A stretch of DNA of 56,243 bases from an uncultured Gammaproteobacteria bacterium (lineage in GTDB: Bacteria > Pseudomonadota > Gammaproteobacteria > Steroidobacterales > SZUA-146), in contig CAWUKD010000005.1 in NCBI GenBank assembly GCA_963922815.1, forward strand, positions 1-56,243, in the 5' to 3' direction. A program made the position numbers and the translations under genes. The first letter of the stretch is position 1. Each line of letters starts with the position of its first letter. This document shows, one piece after another, positions 29,747 to 39,332 of this stretch. The notes under the pieces are model-generated. The model saw only the letters and a list, made by a program, of their open reading frames with translations. It searched no databases and was not told where the DNA came from.

Positions 29747-30346
29747 CTACGGCATTATCCATGACGAGGACCATTCGGTCCCGTCGAATTGAACGACAGC
29801 TCGCTGATGCCCGGCCCTTGAAAGCATTAACCATTCGATTCTGTCGACAACACACTGAACTACCGTAAAGTTGGGTTTCCCCTGTTCTGCATCTTCGATC
29901 TGCGCGCACGGTGCGCCCTCGCGTATTTCATCGACCGGCGTACCGGGACTCAGCACCTGCGCATAGGCTCTCCGCGTGTGAACGTTGAGCGCCTGCCAGC
30001 GGTCGTTGATCAGCGACTGATCCGTACTTGCCGCACCCCGACCATAAGCACGCAGCTGCAGTTTGTGGGTCGGGTCGTAAAACACCCAGGCCATCGCCGC
30101 GTGGTGTTCAAGCTGGATAAGCTTGGCCGAGCGTCTGTCGGTGTGAAACTCCAGCGTCCGCTGTGCTTTGTCCGCGCGCCTGAGTACCAGCACGCGCGCA
30201 TCAACCGTTTCCGGGGATGACGTTGCCAGCACCGGAAAACGCATCGGATGAGACGCGCTTTGCGCACTGTCTTCCAACAGCATCCAGCAAATCTCCCCGA
30301 TGGTATCAAGCCGCGCATCCGCAACGGTCACAGAACGATCATTCAT
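29747..30346 (-). CDS. Pyridoxamine 5'-phosphate oxidase-like FMN-binding protein
   Basis: PVLAT, ARVLVLR, FHTDRRSAK, FYDP..KLQLR, IEWL.L...GHQR. Confidence 0.85.
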   Translation of the reverse strand: MNDRSVTVADARLDTIGEICWMLLEDSAQSASHPMRFPVLATSSPETVDARVLVLRRADKAQRTLEFHTDRRSAKLIQLEHHAAMAWVFYDPTHKLQLRAYGRGAASTDQSLINDRWQALNVHTRRAYAQVLSPGTPVDEIREGAPCAQIEDAEQGKPNFTVVQCVVDRIEWLMLSRAGHQRAVVQFDGTEWSSSWIMP

Positions 30347-30572
30347 TGTCGCAGGTTCCTGGTGTCGCTATGGTGTAAAGGACCAAACCGATTCGTAACG
30401 ACGCCCCGGTTGGCCCGCACAAGGATGTCATGCGGCCCCGATGCGCGGTGTTGTTCAAAACGTATATTGGAGCCAGCAGGCATGCGCCGTTTTCTCATTT
30501 GAGGGCAGTCTGGCTGCAGCCACCGGGTGTTGCCAACCTGTTGGCGCGATGAGGTGCAGTCTGAAGTCGATG

Positions 30573-31385
30573 TTAACGTGCCTCTTCAGAGGCCAGGTCA
30601 GTCGACTGACGGAATTTGGGGCTGAACTGACCGTTCGCCAGATAGTACAGAACTTCATTAATAACGCGTTTTTTGCGCATGATCATCGTGTGCCCATACG
30701 GTACGACAATAAAGTCATTCATGCCTTCCAGTCGCGTGCTGCGCACCGCTACCGTACCATCGCTGGGCTCATCGAATACCCAAAGTCCCATCGGGTTCGA
30801 TAGCCCTTCGCCGGCAATAACGCCAACGTCGAACAGGGCAGGACCGAGGCGCAGGGGCAGACTGTTAACGTCGGTACCTAACTGCGTCGCCACGTCACCC
30901 ATAACCCACCGAAACATTCTTGAGGTGCGGTGCAAATCAACGATTTCACTGCCTTTGTTCGGCGGGGCAATCATAACAACCCGATCGATGTTTGGCGGGT
31001 TCTCCGATTCAGCGAGCGCCCGCACCATGATGCCACCCATTGAATGAGTGACAAAGTTCACAGGCCCTGCATCGGCCCCGAAACATTCGACGATGTGCGC
31101 TTTGATGAACTCGACAAGTTCGGTGGCAGGCAGCCGGTTGGTCGGATAGCTGATGTTGCACGCATGATAGCCCGCCTTGTCCAGCGCCCTGGCTAACTTG
31201 TTCATGGAATAGCGCGAGCGCTTGAGGCCGTGCAGCAACACGACCGGCTCACCGTTCGTGGAGTCACCTGACGAACTGGCCATGCTCGATACCTCGGGAA
31301 AAGAAAAGGACAATAGCGTGCACAGAATCAGCGCCACGCGCAGGCGGCCGGGTATCAGCGTGAACTCAGAGCAGCGACTTGGCAC
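30573..31385 (-). CDS. Alpha/beta fold hydrolase (lipase/esterase)
   Basis: VVLLHGL, FVTHSMGG, APPNKGSE, GVIAG, SDGTV, H. Start uncertain (GTG 31385 or ATG 31283). Confidence 0.82.
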   Translation of the reverse strand: MPSRCSEFTLIPGRLRVALILCTLLSFSFPEVSSMASSSGDSTNGEPVVLLHGLKRSRYSMNKLARALDKAGYHACNISYPTNRLPATELVEFIKAHIVECFGADAGPVNFVTHSMGGIMVRALAESENPPNIDRVVMIAPPNKGSEIVDLHRTSRMFRWVMGDVATQLGTDVNSLPLRLGPALFDVGVIAGEGLSNPMGLWVFDEPSDGTVAVRSTRLEGMNDFIVVPYGHTMIMRKKRVINEVLYYLANGQFSPKFRQSTDLASEEAR

Positions 31386-32097
31386 GATTAATCCATTCTT
31401 TGTGCGTTCGCAGGTAGTGTTTGGGAGACAGCTCTACCGTCTCCATAACCTGCTCGCACTGCTCTCTTGCGCCATCGTGGTCGCCGGTTTCTGTCAGATA
31501 CTCAGCGTACCGAACACGTGCTTCAGGGCCGGTGAAGTAGCCCACCAGAACATTGTATTCTTCAATCGCCTTGTCTTGGTGACCGGCACTGGCGTGGGCA
31601 CGTGTGTACAGGAGATGCCCGGCCTGACTCCGGTAATCCGGAACTTCGTTGATGAGCTTGTCCATAATATCGATGGTTTCATCAAAGCGACCCAGCTCGA
31701 ACAACGCCTGAGCCTGCCCCTGCATCAGCACCGGATCGAACTCAAACAGCCCCGTTCGGGATTCCTTGTACAGCTTCTCGGCTTCGGCGAAATCACCACG
31801 CTGCATCAGCTCTTCGGCCAGCCGGTGCGTTGATTCGGCGCTGCGGGCCCGGGCAAAATCCCTGGAACGGTTTTTGAGCTCACCGCCAGGGTTCAGCGTG
31901 TGCCTGACCTTCCGCGTAATTTTGCGGCCGGTGAGACTGCGAAAAAAATCGGGCAAAAGTTCGATCAGAATATAGGCGGCCGCACCCAGTCCCGGCGCGA
32001 TCATCAAAAAATAGATCCAGTAGCGTTCCCGACCGGTCTTGTAGCAGTGGTAAACAAGCAACAGGGTAATGATGCCACCCAGAATTACAAAAGGCAT
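31366..32097 (-). CDS. Membrane-anchored TPR protein
   Basis: Two N-terminal TM segments (HC.KTGR..YWI...PGLG) followed by helical TPR-like repeats. Confidence 0.78.
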   Translation of the reverse strand: MPFVILGGIITLLLVYHCYKTGRERYWIYFLMIAPGLGAAAYILIELLPDFFRSLTGRKITRKVRHTLNPGGELKNRSRDFARARSAESTHRLAEELMQRGDFAEAEKLYKESRTGLFEFDPVLMQGQAQALFELGRFDETIDIMDKLINEVPDYRSQAGHLLYTRAHASAGHQDKAIEEYNVLVGYFTGPEARVRYAEYLTETGDHDGAREQCEQVMETVELSPKHYLRTHKEWINRAKSLL

Positions 32098-32116
32098 TGC
32101 GCACTCCGCTTACAAC

Positions 32117-32150
32117 AAAGGGCTCGGGCAAAACGCCCGAACCCCTTTTT
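32117..32150 (-). terminator. Probable terminator after the BI-1 family gene
   Basis: Minus strand AAAGGGGTTCGGGC-GTTTT-GCCCGAGCCCTTT hairpin. Confidence 0.5.
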
Positions 32151-32203
32151 AACAGCAATGAGCTGATCGCTCATCAAAACAAGACCCGCTGCAGACGAAA
32201 CAA

Positions 32204-32893
32204 TCAGTCGCTGTAAAACGAGGTCAGAAATCGCAGCATGTACCACGCCATCAGCATGATCGAAGAAAACAGCTCGAGTCCTGCCGAGACGTAGCGATCG
32301 TCGGGGTAGTGATGAATGATATTGGATGTCTGGTATAGCACGGCCGCGCCCGCGTACAAAAGCATGCCGGCAGAGAACCACATTCCAAGAGACAGCCAGC
32401 CCATGACGCCGGCGACAATCATGCCAATGGCAACCAGTCCGCCCCAGCGCAGGAATCCGCCCAAAAACGAAAAGTCCTTGCGGGTTTGAAAGGCGATGGC
32501 AGTCAGTCCGACAAAGCCAACCGCAGTAGCGATACCCGCAGTCTTGGTCACACCAGGTACCCGCATTTCGGCCATGACAATCAGCGGGCAAAAGATAATC
32601 GCTTCAGCGATCGAAAATCCAAACAGTGCCCCGTATTGAGCCCCTTTGGATTCGGCTCGTGCCGCAACGCTTGACGCCATGTAGGCCACCAGAACGAATG
32701 CACCGAGTACCAGCAACCACGAGACACCGGTAAGCGCTGCAGCAATTCGATAGGCCAGGCCGCTTGAGAACAGGTAGGTTTCAAGTGCGAGAAACGCGCC
32801 GATGGCCAGCAGCAGGTGCTGATAGGCTTTGGTAATGAAGGCGTCGCGACCCTGCGTTTTATCGCCAAGTCGATCCAGTGTGTCAGAAAACAT
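32204..32893 (-). CDS. Bax inhibitor-1/YccA family membrane protein
   Basis: About 7 TM; FITKAY.HL, TRKDFSFL, LYQTSNI...Y, AGLELF.S. Confidence 0.88.
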   Translation of the reverse strand: MFSDTLDRLGDKTQGRDAFITKAYQHLLLAIGAFLALETYLFSSGLAYRIAAALTGVSWLLVLGAFVLVAYMASSVAARAESKGAQYGALFGFSIAEAIIFCPLIVMAEMRVPGVTKTAGIATAVGFVGLTAIAFQTRKDFSFLGGFLRWGGLVAIGMIVAGVMGWLSLGMWFSAGMLLYAGAAVLYQTSNIIHHYPDDRYVSAGLELFSSIMLMAWYMLRFLTSFYSD

Positions 32894-32968
32894 ATGTGCG
32901 CTCCGTGGCAGCTAACGTAATCAAAAAGTGTAGCTGACCGCGGACAAAGACGAAAGCGTAACCGGTAA

Positions 32969-33571
32969 TTAGTCGATTTCTATGCGTTTAAGTCGCTTTT
33001 CACGTTCGCGCTCGTCGCGCCGTCGTTTGCGGGTATCCGGTCGAAACTCCAGCTTCAGGCGCACGTTGCCAGGATCGTTCTGGTTTTGGCTCAGGTTGGC
33101 TTCCACAGACCAGGCATATGGATCCATAACGCGGGTTAACAGCTGGGTCACGCGTAGTGAAAAGCGAGTGCCTATAGGCTGAAGACGCGCAACAAAGTAG
33201 TCGTGTAGCAAAGCGACACCAGGCGACTTCTCGGAGGGGTTTTTGGCAATGTAGGCCAGCTTCGACTGGTACGAGTCAATTTCAGCCGACAGCACGCCTG
33301 ACGCTGCGAGCAGGCGCAGCGCTGACCAGTGCAGCTGGCGACCGTAGCGGTTGTCGATAAAGTCTTCGAGCTGCTCGATCATGATGACGCAGGAGGCAAT
33401 GACGTTGTCTTTAAACACGCCCCACTCGTTTAAACCTAGCGGTAAAGTGTTTTCACGATCGACGACCTGCACCTCAAACTTGCGTTCGATAACCGCGATG
33501 TCTGTTTGGAGTTCTTTAATATCATTGGTGAGTTTTCGGGCTTCACCAATAAGCCAGGCTTTCATGTCCAT
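32969..33571 (-). CDS. Hypothetical protein
   Basis: 200-aa ORF filling the gap, protein-like composition, no recognised family. Confidence 0.65.
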   Translation of the reverse strand: MDMKAWLIGEARKLTNDIKELQTDIAVIERKFEVQVVDRENTLPLGLNEWGVFKDNVIASCVIMIEQLEDFIDNRYGRQLHWSALRLLAASGVLSAEIDSYQSKLAYIAKNPSEKSPGVALLHDYFVARLQPIGTRFSLRVTQLLTRVMDPYAWSVEANLSQNQNDPGNVRLKLEFRPDTRKRRRDEREREKRLKRIEID

Positions 33572-33992
33572 GCGTACTGCCCTGAAAATACGGTGACAGC
33601 CTCAGAGAATAGGTCAATACAGGACGAGATTCAGTAACAACTTCACAGTTTGTGACGTGGGCTCCGTCATTTTGCTGTTGTGCATCGTGAAAAGCGATAT
33701 GACGCGCATCGTGTGGCCAGAGCAGCTCTGCCCAGCCTCCGAGGCCACGCAATGCGCGTCAAGTACGACATACGTAAATCATCGTACTACGTAGACTATC
33801 GTAGAAACTCGACGGACTCAACCACGTCGCGCTCAACGTACGGCGGCAAGTCGAATATCCACAGACCGGTCACCAGAGGTAAAAAAACGCCCGAAAAGGC
33901 ACTTCAGAGGTTTTTAATAGACGTTACTCACAGATTTTACTGCCATTATTGTCTATAGTCGGTCGATAATCATCGAGCCACTCGCCGACGCA

Positions 33993-35159
33993 ATGAGTTC
34001 ACCTGCTCACCACAAATTGCTGATAGACGCCTCATCTCGTCAGGGAGAGGGGCTCTATGGCGTGCTTGCGAGAATTCTTCAGGCCGCCACTCCGGACCAG
34101 TTTGATTTTGCCCACGTCACGCTCGTTACTCCGGCGGGCAATGACACGGACTGGCCGCAGGCCTCCTGGCTGGACATTGTCCGCGCGTCTGATCACGGGT
34201 CTGAAGGTGTCACCCCTTACGCCGATGTTCAGGCCCGGCTCGATCGCGAGCCCAATACGGTGCTGATGTCGCTGAATACCGTTCGGTTCAATCACGAACG
34301 CTCCGTTGTATTCATGAATGACGCCGCCAGCGCCACGCTCGCAAATGACCACAGCGCCGGTGGATTTTTAAAGCGACTCAAAGAGAAGATTATTGCCCGA
34401 TCTCAGCTGCCGCAGCTCGAAGGTGCCAGTGGCATTATTTCGATGAGCTGCTACGCCACCGCACAAACTGCCAAACTCAAGAAAATGCAGCATCTGGTTC
34501 CGCTGGGCATTGCACCGGAATTTTTTACGACGCTGCGTGAACACCGACTGATTCAGGATGTTGCCGTCGACAGTCCGTTTGTCTGGCTTACCGCGGCGGA
34601 TCCAGCGTCTGATGCGGTCGCCACCGTGATCGCTGCCGTTCAAACGCTGCGCGACTATGGTGCGTGTATTGAGCTCAAAGTGATTTTACCGGCTCCCGAC
34701 GAGATTCACGAACGCGATGCCGAATTCACGCGTGATCTGCACAAGAAGTACAAAGACCGTAGCTTCGTCGAGTTGATTGACGAACATGAGCCCGCCAGGC
34801 TGGCACAGCACTACCATCAGGCAGACGGTTTTATCTGGGGAGACCGGTCGGATCATTCGCATGCTGCGCTACTGCGCGCCATGGCCAGCGCCTTACCAGT
34901 GGTTGCGCCCAATGCCGAAATGGTCAAGAAACATTTGGGCAGCAAGGTGCGGTTCTTTATGCACGGCGATGCCAATGACCTGGCCAATACGCTTGAGCGC
35001 TCCATGGCCGACATACACTTTCGTATTATCGGCAGCAGTCGCAATCACAAAAGATCGATGGCCTACACCTTTGAGAAAACGGCCGCCGAACTGTTTCGCG
35101 TCGTACGTGCTTACGCCGCCGCCGACCTCAGCCCCAGCGCTGCAGCGGTTGATAGCTAG
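33993..35159 (+). CDS. Glycosyltransferase family 4 (GT-B)-like protein, degenerate motif
   Basis: LIDAS N-terminus, VPLGI, YHQADGFI, AMASALPVVA. The E-x7-E glutamates are absent. Confidence 0.68.
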   Translation: MSSPAHHKLLIDASSRQGEGLYGVLARILQAATPDQFDFAHVTLVTPAGNDTDWPQASWLDIVRASDHGSEGVTPYADVQARLDREPNTVLMSLNTVRFNHERSVVFMNDAASATLANDHSAGGFLKRLKEKIIARSQLPQLEGASGIISMSCYATAQTAKLKKMQHLVPLGIAPEFFTTLREHRLIQDVAVDSPFVWLTAADPASDAVATVIAAVQTLRDYGACIELKVILPAPDEIHERDAEFTRDLHKKYKDRSFVELIDEHEPARLAQHYHQADGFIWGDRSDHSHAALLRAMASALPVVAPNAEMVKKHLGSKVRFFMHGDANDLANTLERSMADIHFRIIGSSRNHKRSMAYTFEKTAAELFRVVRAYAAADLSPSAAAVDS

Positions 35160-35275
35160 CCTGCATCAGTGCGAATCACCGCACACCGATACGGCGTCTC
35201 TCGCTTTTAAGGTCGACCTTCACACGCAAGACAGTCCAGAGTTGCGGCCCGATACCTGACGTCCAATCTACCCAT

Positions 35276-35308
35276 AAAAAAAGCCGCGACACCGTGAAGT
35301 GCCGCGGC
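35276..35308 (-). terminator. Rho-independent terminator of the S8 protease gene
   Basis: Minus strand GCCGCGGCAC-TTCACG-GTGTCGCGGC followed by T7. Confidence 0.8.
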
Positions 35309-35330
35309 CGATTTACTGCGTCATTCCGTA

Positions 35331-38300
35331 TCAGGGAGCGACACCACTGGGTCCTGGTGGATCCAGGAAGAAGGTGCTAAACAGCACGTAGTCAACAAAA
35401 TTGACCAGGTTGTCGCCGTTAAAGTCCTCGTCCAGACCCACGCCGCTTGACGGGAAGACCGCGCCAAACAAGCTAATGTCGACAAAGTTTACCGTGCCGT
35501 CATTATTCAGATCAGGATCACAGGCGTTACCGTATCCGTCTCCGTTGGTGTCACGCTGATCGGTGTTGCTGATAAGCGTGCAGTTATCAGCGCTGTCTTC
35601 TACACCGTCGCCGTCCGTATCGACCGAACAGTCAAGCGTAGAAATCGTTCCCAGCGGAATGATAATGGTTTCGATCAGGTCCTGATTGCGGGCGCGCGCC
35701 TGGAAGTTGTAATTGGTTTCACACGTCAGTCCCGTCGAATCCCAGCTCAGCCCGGAGATCCAGCCTGAAGAATCACCTGTAGTTGTGTTCTCAATCTCGT
35801 ACTCGGCTTCCTCATTGCCATTGGCCTGAATATTGACGCGAATGGCCGAATCCGATAACGCACTCAGAGAACTCGCGGCTGGGGGATTAGCCAGCGTGTA
35901 CACCACGGTGGTATCCGACACGCCGGAAATAATACCGTCGCCATTTCGGGCCATGGCTTCAAACTTGTGCGTGGCCGAAGCGGCTAAACCACCCAGTGAG
36001 AATTGAGTGCTCGACTGCAGCCAGCCCGTGGACAAGCCATTGGCCGTTTCGTCAATCTTCAATCCGGACAAACCAAGGGTCAGGTTATTCAGAACCCCCT
36101 GAGGCTGAACCACAATGGTGCTGCTGGTTACCGACGTTGCCACTACCGGACTTGGCACCACCTGATGGGTATACACACACTCGATCGCCGAGGGCGTCGT
36201 ATTGTTAGGAAAGTTTGCGCTGTCACGGGCCCAGGCGCGGTAACAGTACTCATCATTCGTTTGCAGGCCGACATCAACGAATGAACGGCTTTCCTGCCAC
36301 CCGGAGTCCGTACCACCAAACCCTGCTGACGGGCTACTCGTATAGTCCAGATAGTACTGAATGGGATCGGCGTGAACGTCATTTGCAAACGACGCTGTCA
36401 TGCTGATCGCACTGGTGCTGTCTGCCGTTGGGAAAGTGCTAAAGCTCATTGGATTCGGGTTAGGCGGCGTGTTATCGACCTCAACCGTCGTACTCAGGTT
36501 CCAGTTAAAGTTGCCATATGGCTCGTTGTATGAGGTGTGACTGTGGGCAACAGCAAATGACACAGCGCCCACGGCGGTGGCCGGCGCCCTGATAGAATAG
36601 TTAACGTGGTTGGACTGCCCTCCTGACGCGATGCTACCGACATTCTGCGTTGTCGGGCCGCTTACCAGCGTAAAACCATTGTTGCCCAGGAACTCGAACA
36701 CGTTGGCGTGGCTCGCAATTTCCGAGTCATTGCGCAACCAGAACTCAACCTCAAACACTTCGTTTGGCTCGACGCTCGTAGGCCAGATGGCGATACCCTG
36801 GAACTGCGATGGATGATCGACCCGGGTAAACCCGTCCTCGGTGGCCAGCGCGAAGGTTTCAGTGGCATTGCCGTTCGCGAACGTCGTAGACCACGCATAG
36901 GCGTTAATCACGACTTCCGTATCCCCGCTGCCCGCGGGCACCCGAACCTGATGCACATTGTCATTGCCATCGGTGTCGAGATCCAGTAATGCATTGTTCG
37001 TCTCGTTGTACAAACGCAGATTGAGATCTGTCAGCGAGTAGTAGGTGCTTGGCGCCGCGGCCGTGGCGTAAGTCGCCGCCCGGTTCCAAACCATCGTGGC
37101 GCGGTCCCGGCCTTCGCCGGCAGCACCCTCGTCGCGCATCACCCCGCGATACAGCTGGTAGTCACCGTCAGTATTTCGAGGTGCGACCGAATCGATAAAA
37201 TAATCGAATCGGTGGAAATACGCTGCAAAGGCATTGACCATGCCCCAGCCGATCTGCGGATCCCAGCCGTCTGCATCGCTCTCAATATTCATGCCCGGCA
37301 GGTTCTTTTGCGCGGTGTTGATCAGCACGGCCTTAAGAGCCAGTTCGTCAAACAGCCCGGCGTCCATCAGATCCATGATGATACCGAGCACCATCGGGGC
37401 CGCCATGCTGGTTCCGGTTTTATTCACATGATCAGCACCAAATCCTTCCCAAAGGTGATTTGGAGCACTGATTGAAGTGCCGGGAGCCGCCAGGTCAGGT
37501 TTTCTACGATTGCTGGCAGTCGGGCCAACCGTAGAGCCGGCGTTGATAATGTCGTCGTTACGCGACGTGGTTCCGCGATCATTGGCGTTGGCAACGGCGA
37601 TAGCGTTGTAAGAAACCGCGGGGTCGCTGAACAGCGTATTTGACGGGCCACTGTTGCCGGCCGAAATAGTTACCGGTGTATCTGCAATAGTACTGATCAC
37701 GGAATCCCAGAAACGACCACCGTCGGTGTCATCCAGGGTGGTGCTGCCGCCGTAGCTCAGGTTAAAACCATCGACGTCATCTGCGAACGTGCCGCCTATC
37801 AGTGCGCCGGTATTAAAGAGCGCCCTGTCAACCAGGTTGTATTTATCGGACCAGAACATGGAGGCCGTTCCGGATGTGTTTCTCCAGCCGGCTTTCAGAT
37901 TCACCAGTTTCTCAATGCCGTGCGCCATACCGAGATTTTGCGTGAAGCCCGGGCTGCCGTAGCTACCAACGATTCCGGCCACGTGCGTACCATGACCCTG
38001 CAAGTCGTCCTGCGTAAATGAATCATCCCAGTTGGCCGATCCGACACCCGCAACCAGATACCACGAGCCAAAATTTTCTCTGAGCGGCGTCGTGCTGTTA
38101 GCCATCGCCGGGTGCTGCAGATCCAGGCCTGAGTCGAGTATGGCAGGGTCGTATATCCCGCCGTCTCGACCGGCATCCCACAATCCTGTCAGCGTGGTAT
38201 CTGCCGGATCAACCATTGTCGAGGTATCGGCAATATTCAGATGCCCCTCCATAATGCTGTCTTCAATCATACGCAGAATGCCAGGGGTTTTACCCAGCGG

Positions 38301-39038
38301 CTCAATAGCGGATGGCGGAATCAGCGCAACAATAGTGTTGTTGGCAATCGTGCCAAATTCAAACACACCGCCCAATCGTTCAATTTCTTCGATGATCGGT
38401 TTTTGCGACTGATCAATCATGCCGCGCAGCTGGGACGAAATGGACTCCTTGATTTGCAACGACACAGCCTCGTTTTGTTCGTGTAACGCCTTCATTGCTG
38501 CCCGCTGGTTGTCGGTCATGGTGAACATGTTGGCGTAGTCTTCGCTATCGCGCTCGGTGTCGCGGCTGCGGTTAGCTTCAAGCTCGTTAAGCAAAGACAC
38601 CCGGTTTTCTTCAACCGCGTTAACTTCGTCCTCGAATACACGCATTGTGTCTCGAAGCACTTCGCCATGAGGTAAATAGTCGAGGTGTATCAACACCCGA
38701 ATTTCCTCGTCCGCCCTGGCGGTAGATGCTCGCTGCGCGAGCTTCGTGTCAACCACCGGCAGGTCCGCGATCGGCGATCGCTGCATGGGCGTGCCGTCCT
38801 CGGCCATATCCTCTTTATGATGCTTGATCATTTCGGCGCGCATTTCAGAGGTGCGGTCATTGTAATAACCACTCAACTCGACGCCCTTGACGTTCGTGGC
38901 CGCAGACTGACGTGTCTGCGTACCGTCCGTTTGCGCGTTCGCTACGGAAATGGAGCCGGCGGGCACGGCCGCAAAGAGCGGTTGTGTCGCGAGCAGCCAG
39001 ACCATCAGCAGCGCTATATTCTTATTAAATGTTTTCAT
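35331..39038 (-). CDS. Secreted S8 (subtilisin-like) serine peptidase with Ig/FN3-like domains and C-terminal TSP3/dockerin-like tail
   Basis: Signal peptide. Triad ILDSG / HGTHVAG / GTSMAAP, oxyanion SAGN, KPDLAAPG. Tail DTDGDG..D..DNC...DTNGDGYGNACD.DLNNDG.VNFVD...DFNGD.LVNFVD...PGPSG. GGAG RBS. Confidence 0.9.
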   Translation of the reverse strand: MKTFNKNIALLMVWLLATQPLFAAVPAGSISVANAQTDGTQTRQSAATNVKGVELSGYYNDRTSEMRAEMIKHHKEDMAEDGTPMQRSPIADLPVVDTKLAQRASTARADEEIRVLIHLDYLPHGEVLRDTMRVFEDEVNAVEENRVSLLNELEANRSRDTERDSEDYANMFTMTDNQRAAMKALHEQNEAVSLQIKESISSQLRGMIDQSQKPIIEEIERLGGVFEFGTIANNTIVALIPPSAIEPLGKTPGILRMIEDSIMEGHLNIADTSTMVDPADTTLTGLWDAGRDGGIYDPAILDSGLDLQHPAMANSTTPLRENFGSWYLVAGVGSANWDDSFTQDDLQGHGTHVAGIVGSYGSPGFTQNLGMAHGIEKLVNLKAGWRNTSGTASMFWSDKYNLVDRALFNTGALIGGTFADDVDGFNLSYGGSTTLDDTDGGRFWDSVISTIADTPVTISAGNSGPSNTLFSDPAVSYNAIAVANANDRGTTSRNDDIINAGSTVGPTASNRRKPDLAAPGTSISAPNHLWEGFGADHVNKTGTSMAAPMVLGIIMDLMDAGLFDELALKAVLINTAQKNLPGMNIESDADGWDPQIGWGMVNAFAAYFHRFDYFIDSVAPRNTDGDYQLYRGVMRDEGAAGEGRDRATMVWNRAATYATAAAPSTYYSLTDLNLRLYNETNNALLDLDTDGNDNVHQVRVPAGSGDTEVVINAYAWSTTFANGNATETFALATEDGFTRVDHPSQFQGIAIWPTSVEPNEVFEVEFWLRNDSEIASHANVFEFLGNNGFTLVSGPTTQNVGSIASGGQSNHVNYSIRAPATAVGAVSFAVAHSHTSYNEPYGNFNWNLSTTVEVDNTPPNPNPMSFSTFPTADSTSAISMTASFANDVHADPIQYYLDYTSSPSAGFGGTDSGWQESRSFVDVGLQTNDEYCYRAWARDSANFPNNTTPSAIECVYTHQVVPSPVVATSVTSSTIVVQPQGVLNNLTLGLSGLKIDETANGLSTGWLQSSTQFSLGGLAASATHKFEAMARNGDGIISGVSDTTVVYTLANPPAASSLSALSDSAIRVNIQANGNEEAEYEIENTTTGDSSGWISGLSWDSTGLTCETNYNFQARARNQDLIETIIIPLGTISTLDCSVDTDGDGVEDSADNCTLISNTDQRDTNGDGYGNACDPDLNNDGTVNFVDISLFGAVFPSSGVGLDEDFNGDNLVNFVDYVLFSTFFLDPPGPSGVAP

Positions 39039-39258
39039 GTCATCTGTCTCCCCGACAAATAAAAATTGCGGTCCCCGAAATAACTATACCGGGCATCCCC
39101 TATCCAGAACGGCGACTTCCAATAGTAAATTCCCTCAATTCAGGTAAAAAAACTCGGATTCAATCACTTAGAGGCAAGACTCGTTCCACCCAAGACCTGG
39201 TCTTGAGTAATCCGAGTCTCAGCAGCGACATTGACATCTGATGGGAATGGAACGGGGC

Positions 39259-39271
39259 TGTACAAAAAAGC
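39259..39271. repeat. 13-bp direct repeat, left copy (TGTACAAAAAAGC)
   Basis: Identical to 42717-42729. Confidence 0.7.
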
Positions 39272-39332
39272 AAGGCTGAAAGCGCCCCTGCTACCGGACA
39301 TCCGGCAGCAACGAGCTCAGAGTTGAAGAGCG

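Noticed and set aside
39259-39277. Resemblance to the Gateway attB1 core (TGTACAAAAAAGCAGGCT), i.e. vector contamination
   Set aside because: The match is partial (extra A, no ACAAGTT flank) and there is no other vector sequence; treated as coincidence.
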